In this document: one piece after another, positions 60,701 to 64,000 of the stretch
Numbering within the stretch: the first letter of the stretch is position 1
Layout of the letters: every line of letters begins with the position of its first letter
Source: Ostrea edulis
Lineage: Eukaryota
NCBI RefSeq assembly: GCF_947568905.1
Contig: NC_079172.1
Span: 4,774,001-4,838,000, forward strand
Direction: 5' to 3'
DNA: 64,000 bases
Position numbers and translations under genes: made by a program
The notes under the pieces: generated by a model
Seen by the model: only the letters and a program-made list of their open reading frames with translations
Databases searched by the model: none
What the model was told of the DNA's origin: nothing

Positions 60701-63700
60701 ACTACTCGTAACATTGGAATTAAAGAGGACTATTGGGGATATTCGTCGCTCTCAGACTGGACAAGGTATCGAGTTCAAACTTCTGTAATTGTCTTTCTTC
60801 GTATCAGGATAAAAGTTGCTTATTTATAAGAAAGCTTTATTAATGGGAAAGATGATGCGTGTCTTGTTTATTAAATTCTGTACTATATAGTATATACCCG
60901 TTTTTAGCAAATTGCCCGGATGTCAAATGGGACCACGATTTAAGAAGGCTATGTTTGTTGAGTACTATAGCAACCTTTTTATGTTTGAAACTCGTCAGCC
61001 AGATCCACGAGACGAAACTTTGCATGGTCCGCAACTTGCAGCCAATGTTGGCGACAGAATCACCATAGGTATTGCTTTTTCAATCGCTGAACACTGTTTT
61101 TTTTTTTTTTTTGGTTCAGTTCAGACTTTTTGCTGTGGTCATTCAGATTCATACATGTAAACGCCTTAATAAAGATTAATGATATCATTGATCAAATTGA
61201 AGAAAGCATTAATTCAATTAATGCGCGCATTATCTTTTTTAAGAGAGAGCAACTATGAAATCATCTTCAATTCAACATATCCACAATTGAAATATTGATC
61301 TCTTTTATTGAATCGCTGCTGTCTTTAAAATAATTCCGCGCATTGCTTTCCTGTAGAAAAGCGTTGTTAATAATTAAAAGATATCTTCATTTGATTTAAA
61401 GAGATCATAAAATCTGTTATACCGAGCTCCAAATGCAATTTTGCGAGCAATAATTCAACAATACCGAAGCGCGTATCAATGGAATTGATGAGAGTAATAA
61501 TTAAATTTTTGCGCGGATCAAATAAATTATTGCTCTAGTCCATTGAATTGATGCGCGCATTAATTCAACCATTGCGCGTAATGATTGAATACATGATATC
61601 GTTTAATAATGGTAAAGATATATTCAATTATTTGAGTTTATGTTAAGTTGGCGCTCCATAAATAAATGGATCATTAGCATTAAATGACACGGTATTGACC
61701 AGAGATACACTTGGGGGATTTTATGTATGGAATATCAAATTTTCTGATCTAAAATAGAAACTTCTGGTTTATGAGACATTCTTCCTTTTGTATCGGGTAC
61801 CAAGAATTAAGATATTTTTTTTTATTGTGCATGCTATTTATACGATATATTTGACATAGATAATTTGACACATGTAAGATGCATGCATGTTTAAATAGCA
61901 GTTCACCCAAGAATCATTCATTTTAATAATTAACGATTTATTCTGAAAGAACCTACAAATAAACATTTTGATATTTTACTGTGATGTCACCTGTACAAAA
62001 AGAGCATACCTGTGTTTGATATACTGCGTACGCATCAGAGATATCTGGCAGACAATTCGTCATGTTTTCTTTACAATTTACATGCATTCTATATACAATT
62101 ATGTGCCCCTTTATGCAATAAAACAGTGCAAACTTTTTAGAACATTATCTTGCTTGCGCTTGGATTATATAAATTTGTGATTCTTGAAAAAAAAAAAATG
62201 GGAATGATTTTTTTTTTATAATCTGGTCATAACTGAATCACCCTTTGCATGATTCTTACATGGATTATTATTTGAATTAAACTTTTTCCTCGGAGAACCA
62301 GTATATTTAACCTTATGATGACTACTTTGCGATGTAAAAATTTCTAAAATATACCAAAGTACATATACATTTAAGGATGTAGATATCTTTATTCTGTTAA
62401 GAAATTAAAAACAATGGAAGACGCCCCTATTCTCTTCATTTGGATGGACTCAGTGACTGGTCAGATGATGACAGCATTCCCTGGGACTCCTCAAAAATCA
62501 TAACCTGGAACATTTTAGAGTCCATTGGACCCGGAAGTGCAGATACCTCTTGTATACTGAAGGTAAAAATTGAGGACACATCAAGTCAAAACAGCCAATA
62601 CGTATTACACGAAACGCGGTATCACTATTCTATAATATTGCTTTTTATAGCCATATTACTCCAAAACCAGCCAGCGAGACATCCCATCAGGACTGTTTGG
62701 CCCCCTAGTGATCTGTTCCCCCTTGATACCCTCCGAGACAGTAGAATCCACCCTTCAGCAGAAGGTGTTTATGGTGGGAAGTATAGATGAGAGGGCGAGC
62801 TGGTACTATGAGGACAACCTGAAGGATTCCACAGGAATCGTCAACATCTCAGACCCTAAATGTGCTGATGCAAACGTCATTAGAGGTAAGGTGTTCCAAA
62901 ACATATTGACATTGTTGTCCAAATAAGTAGCTGTAAGGTTAATAGCATTACACATCGTGAGATTAAACATGTAGCAACTCTGTGCAATGGACAGTTTAAG
63001 AACATTCAAAATTGTATGGTAAGCAACATCATTAGCAATTTTCTGAAATAGCGTTTAAAAGTTGTTGATCATAATATAATAATTTTCATTTTATCTCACA
63101 AGCTGAGGGCAAGTCAGTATACTTTAAGTAGAGGCATATTCCACTAAATTGCTGTTTCAGCTGTTATTTTATTGTATTTTGTCTTTTTGGAATGAACTGA
63201 AATACCCAATGATGAAGGTTTGCAGTTTAACGTCCCTCTTATAGATGTTACGTGAATGACACAATTTTGACCTACATATACATATATGCTTGGCGCTTTG
63301 GTCCATTTAGAGTAGGGTTTCCTCTCGTGGCATGGACATTTAGATTGTGATAATTTCAAATTTAAGAATAAAGCATATCATTAAACTAAACGCTTTTTTT
63401 TTTTTTTTTTTATAATTTTTCACAGCTGTCAATGGATATTCAGATGGAACCATAAAAAACATGACAATACCATTAGGAGCTGATGTGTATTTTCACTTTC
63501 TCAACATTGGCAATAACCTCCTAACCATTCATTTGTATGGACTGAAAATCATTGATTCCAATCAAGAAGGAATTGGACGTAGTACCATCACTTTGTATCC
63601 CTGGGCATCCAAGTCCATCGTGACCAGATTCGACTCCCCGGGGTCATTCCTATACGAGGAACTAATAACCGAAGGACACACAACCAGGATCTCTGGACTC

Positions 63701-63733
63701 TACACGGTTGTTACAAATACCAAGCTTTCATGA
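45783..63733 (+). CDS. Secreted six-cupredoxin-domain ceruloplasmin/hephaestin-like protein with degenerate copper sites, 905 aa
   Basis: 14 phase-consistent exons: 45783-45907, 47354-47559, 49826-50014, 57389-57650, 57775-57878, 58313-58424, 58526-58758, 59333-59514, 59670-59943, 60600-60765, 60908-61068, 62402-62562, 62651-62885, 63426-63733 (2718 nt). Signal peptide, then YYIAIDEIDW. Repeated family motifs GFLGPTIRASVG / RLGPTIYVETG / LHGPQLAANVG and GLVGMLVVC / LFGPVKIC / GLFGPLVIC. No C-terminal TM helix. Confidence 0.88.
46255..47262 (-). mobile_element. Degenerate HINE with satellite-like monomers
   Basis: Reverse 5' end CACTTGAGCC...GGGCTCAGATGAGTTAAAAA at about 47229-47260. Monomers TGAACAAACTTGAATCTGCACTACC and TATTGTGGCCCCATCCTACCCCCGGGG. 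~42-bp subrepeat at 46310-46470. Confidence 0.65.
47612..47883 (-). mobile_element. Bivalve SINE (conserved-core type)
   Basis: Reverse strand reads ...GATCCGGGTTAGAATAGGTCCTCAGTACCCCCTTGCTTGTCGTAAGAGGCGACTAAA...TTCGGAT...AAAACCGAGGTCCC...AAAGATCCC... ending in an AATC-type tail. Family recognised from recall. Confidence 0.75.
47947..48524. mobile_element. 578-bp Mutator-like MITE with ~240-bp TIRs and 9-bp TSD
   Basis: GTGGTCAAG|TAATCCGAGATTCCTCTGACTCTTA ... TAAGAGTCAGAGGAATCTCGGATTA|GTGGTCAAG. Confidence 0.9.
50062..52018. repeat. 37-bp minisatellite, about 53 copies, ~622-bp higher-order duplication
   Basis: Unit CTGTCAATAACTGTAGACATTGTG(T/A)CTGTCTGTA(G/T)GT; variant GGTAGGTTTGCC at 51039 and 51661. 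Confidence 0.95.
52510..52785 (-). mobile_element. Abundant oyster retroposon (SINE-like or LINE 3' end)
   Basis: Minus strand GGGGCTCACGGCG...CAGGGGATGCTTACTCCTCCTAGGCACCTGATCCCACCTCTGG...GTCCGTGTTTGCCCAAC; recognised from recall. Confidence 0.65.
52790..53400 (-). mobile_element. 3' fragment of a non-LTR retrotransposon ORF2 (post-RT, CCHC finger)
   Basis: ORF 52779-53378: RIRLSSHNLEIETGRH...RVCKFC...EDEYHFILICPHY, typical LINE ORF2 C-terminus; no RT core present. Confidence 0.85.
54571..56629 (+). CDS. LENG9: LENG9-like protein: RWD-like domain + MJ1316 (DUF504) domain + AKAP7-type 2H phosphoesterase, 523 aa, nested in intron 3 of the hephaestin-like gene
   Basis: Exons 54571-54742 and 55230-56629 joined by a phase-1 GT-AG intron (1572 nt). 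Motifs: RWD-like YPQTKPNIII...GTPMIQAMLLKAEQY; MJ1316 MKTAEDVIKRIQWD...VGYIDRFLG...VPKHRIEYFKY..VWDK; 2H RPNYFLAF, HVT and HMT. AATAAA at about 56759. Putative 5'UTR exon ends at donor 54298, with acceptor at 54517-54518. Symbol denotes similarity, not proven orthology. Confidence 0.88.
57204..57339. repeat. ~135-bp inverted repeat (hairpin)
   Basis: GCACCT..ATTTCTGTCAGTAAGTCGCTCAATAAAGCCAAAGATCGAAAA / TTTTTCGATCTTTGGCTTTATCGAGCGACTTATTGACAGAAAT..AGGTGC around a (TA)-rich loop. Confidence 0.85.
58888..59148 (+). repeat. 22/23-bp G-rich minisatellite, about 11-12 copies
   Basis: GTAGTGGGTAGTGGGAAATCTC. Confidence 0.95.
60095..60346 (-). mobile_element. tRNA-derived SINE copy
   Basis: Minus strand starts with a tRNA-like head (...GGCAAAGCGTTCGCTTCGTAACCAGGTCATGAGTTGGAACCCCG, B-box-like); body matches the 16510-16760 copy. 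Confidence 0.65.
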
Positions 63734-64000
63734 TGTACTAGGTTTACAAATTCAGTTTTATAGCCCCCTCCAACCCCCAACCCCATCTTGTTTGCTGCCA
63801 GTTTTGTAGATTCTTTGTGTTTGAACCGTGACTTATGAATCTTGAAGTTACTTTTCTATTTTGAAACTTCTGTTGCAAAATTTATTATGAAAAAGGATGG
63901 CGATTTGATCATCTCACGGTGTGAATAAAGAAGAGAGAGGATAAAAAAAATCAATTAGAGAAATTTAAACGAAACACCAGAATAAAAGTAAAATTACAGG

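Overview
AT-rich, intron-rich animal DNA, most likely an oyster (Ostreidae), judged from a ~166-bp HindIII/Cg170-type satellite inside a Helentron-like element and typical bivalve SINEs. The taxon call is from recall, not a search. I rebuilt four + strand genes by hand from GT-AG sites and phase continuity. (1) KNDC1/very-KIND (2 KIND domains + REM + RasGEF): 20 exons, 4216-26410, 5' end not found. (2) A complete 282-aa TspanC8 tetraspanin, 35824-44258. (3) A complete 905-aa secreted six-domain ceruloplasmin/hephaestin-like protein, 45783-63733. It keeps the structural cysteines but has lost essentially all canonical copper ligands. (4) A 523-aa RWD + MJ1316(DUF504) + 2H-phosphoesterase (LENG9-like) gene nested on the same strand in intron 3 of gene 3. 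Introns and intergenic DNA hold many non-autonomous transposons, several with readable TIRs/TSDs and nested up to three deep, plus minisatellites. Two of the minisatellites multiply real splice sites of KNDC1. No CRISPR, rRNA or true tRNA genes were seen.
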